From a virus, in IMG/VR virus record IMGVR_UViG_3300048014_000353, positions 32,001 through 96,000 of that record: a stretch of DNA of 64,000 nt. One strand, given 5' to 3'. A program made the translations under genes and the position numbers. The notes below the pieces were generated by a model. The model worked only from the letters and a program-made list of their open reading frames with translations, was not told where the DNA came from and searched no databases. Positions 62,868 to 64,000 of the stretch are shown here, one piece after another (the stretch's first letter is position 1; the number at the start of each line of letters is the position of its first letter).

Positions 62868-63809
62868 ATGCCCGGACCTTCCCCGCAGGACAGCCTTCAG
62901 CCGTTCTCCTTCGCAGGGAGCATCTTGCCCTGCGAGGACTATGAGGTGGAGGGCGGTCTGAGGGACCACGTCCACGAATACAGCCACGTGGACGGCGGAG
63001 ACCCGGAGAAGCTCGGCCGTTCGCTCTACCAGATCACGGCGACCATCAACTTTCAGGCGAAGTTGACCCGTTATCCGGGGCTCTGGCCGAACATCCTCAA
63101 TGCGCTCACGACGATGTGGGAGCAGGGAACGACGTCCACGCTGGTCGTTCCGTCGATCGGTCCCATCCAAGCCTACGCGCTGAAGTGGAACCGGAAGTGG
63201 ACCGCGCGCGTTCGAAGCGGCGAGCGCGTCACGCTCCGCTTCCGCGAAGACGCCACCAACCTCCCGCTGCCCATCACGGTGAGCCAGCCCTCGCCGGCGT
63301 CGATCGCGACGGGCGCGAGCGCGTTGTCGGCCACGCTCGCCCAGGCGCAGGGTCTCGACACGACAGACACGAACCTGTTCGACCAGCTGCAAACGCTGGT
63401 CAACAGCCTCACCGCCGTCACCGACACCGCGTCGCTCTACGGCAACCTCGTCGCCGCGCGCGTGCAGCAGCTCATCTCGCTCTGCCAGCAGATCGACGCG
63501 CTGCCGCATATGCAGTCGCCGCTGAACTGGCCGGTGATGGAGGCTCTCCACCAGGTCTGGGGGAGCTCGGTGCAGTACTCGACCGACCTCCAGAGCCAGA
63601 ACCTCACGCTGTCCTTCTGGACCGTGCCGACCCTCATGACGATCGCCGCCATCTCCGTCCGCCTCTACGGCGACTCGAGCCAAGTGCCGAACCTCCTCGC
63701 CAACAACACCGGCGCCTTCGCGGACCCCCTGGCCATTCCGGCTGGCACCGAGATCGCGTACTACCCGTCGGTCGCGAGCCTCGCCCTCAGCAATCGGGTG
63801 AGCGGATGA
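62868..63809 (+). CDS. Mu gpN-like DNA-circularisation/tube-initiator protein with C-terminal LysM-like region
   Basis: FSFAG...VEGGLRDHVHEYSHVDGGDPEKLGR...LVVPSIG; ISVRLYGDSSQ...LLANN...IPAGTEI. Confidence 0.85.
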   Translation: MPGPSPQDSLQPFSFAGSILPCEDYEVEGGLRDHVHEYSHVDGGDPEKLGRSLYQITATINFQAKLTRYPGLWPNILNALTTMWEQGTTSTLVVPSIGPIQAYALKWNRKWTARVRSGERVTLRFREDATNLPLPITVSQPSPASIATGASALSATLAQAQGLDTTDTNLFDQLQTLVNSLTAVTDTASLYGNLVAARVQQLISLCQQIDALPHMQSPLNWPVMEALHQVWGSSVQYSTDLQSQNLTLSFWTVPTLMTIAAISVRLYGDSSQVPNLLANNTGAFADPLAIPAGTEIAYYPSVASLALSNRVSG

Positions 63810-64000
63810 CGCGCGGGCCGGATGTCGGAGGGATCAACGACCGCGTGCGCCTGATCCTGGGCGGCGATGAGGTACTCATCGCGGAAGACTGGGACGTGTA
63901 CGAGGGCGTGCTCGAGACCCCCGGCACGTTCTCCCTCACGCTCGGCGCCAACACGCCGTTCGTGGACATGTTCATCCGGCCGCAGCTTCAGAGCCCGTAC
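63806..64000 (+). CDS. Baseplate hub (Mu gpP-like), truncated by the window end
   Basis: VRLILGG...WDVYEGVLETPGTFSLTL; expected position after the gpN-like gene. Confidence 0.65.
   Translation, partial: MTRGPDVGGINDRVRLILGGDEVLIAEDWDVYEGVLETPGTFSLTLGANTPFVDMFIRPQLQSPY

Larger units (their letters stand above)
1..64000. mobile_element. Temperate-type myovirus (pro)phage region with Mu-like head/tail genes and a lambdoid-like replication/accessory arm; both ends lie outside the window
   Basis: Terminase, portal, protease, capsid, sheath, tube, tape measure and gpN-like genes are collinear on + (39.4-64 kb); initiator, DnaB and dense small ORFs with ATGA/GTGA overlaps lie on - (1.2-33.4 kb). 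No integrase or att duplication seen. Confidence 0.95.

Noticed and set aside
1-64000. CRISPR array, reverse transcriptase/DGR, retron, integrase, transposase, lysis cassette
   Set aside because: No regular repeat-spacer units and no YADD/RT, tyrosine, serine or DDE recombinase, or endolysin motifs recognised; such genes may lie outside the window.

Overview
The whole window is one high-GC phage or prophage region. No integrase, att site or host housekeeping genes are visible; the DnaB style suggests a Myxococcota-like host, which is inference only. 1-33.4 kb is a leftward early/accessory arm: replication initiator with an internal 10-bp-phased iteron array, DnaB, SNF2 helicase, nuclease, two DNA methyltransferases, DUF1643, DUF5131, DUF4419, an IbrAB module, duplicated RHH regulators and many small Cys-rich ORFs. 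A rightward XRE-ImmA/IrrE gene and a tRNA-Sec-like RNA sit at the far left. 33.5-37.3 kb is a switch region with ParB and DUF488. 37.3-64 kb is a rightward late arm: MTase-GNAT fusion, ParB-like protein, terminase, portal and a Mu-like contractile-tail module, cut off in the baseplate hub gene. Main observations: (1) an unannotated 9/3-type allo-tRNA with a CUA (amber) anticodon loop at 1130-1224; (2) a candidate packaging-linked DNA hypermodification module (DUF488 / MTase-GNAT / ParB / terminase / portal-ParB fusion); (3) three separate families of repeated operator or promoter elements; (4) paired virion genes (two capsid-fold proteins, two tail tubes split by an antisense HNH, two tail chaperones), with a short motif shared by both capsids and the NUDIX-protease; (5) a -1 frameshift product of the tail chaperone that the ORF track misses. 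All family assignments come from motif recognition by eye, not from database searches.
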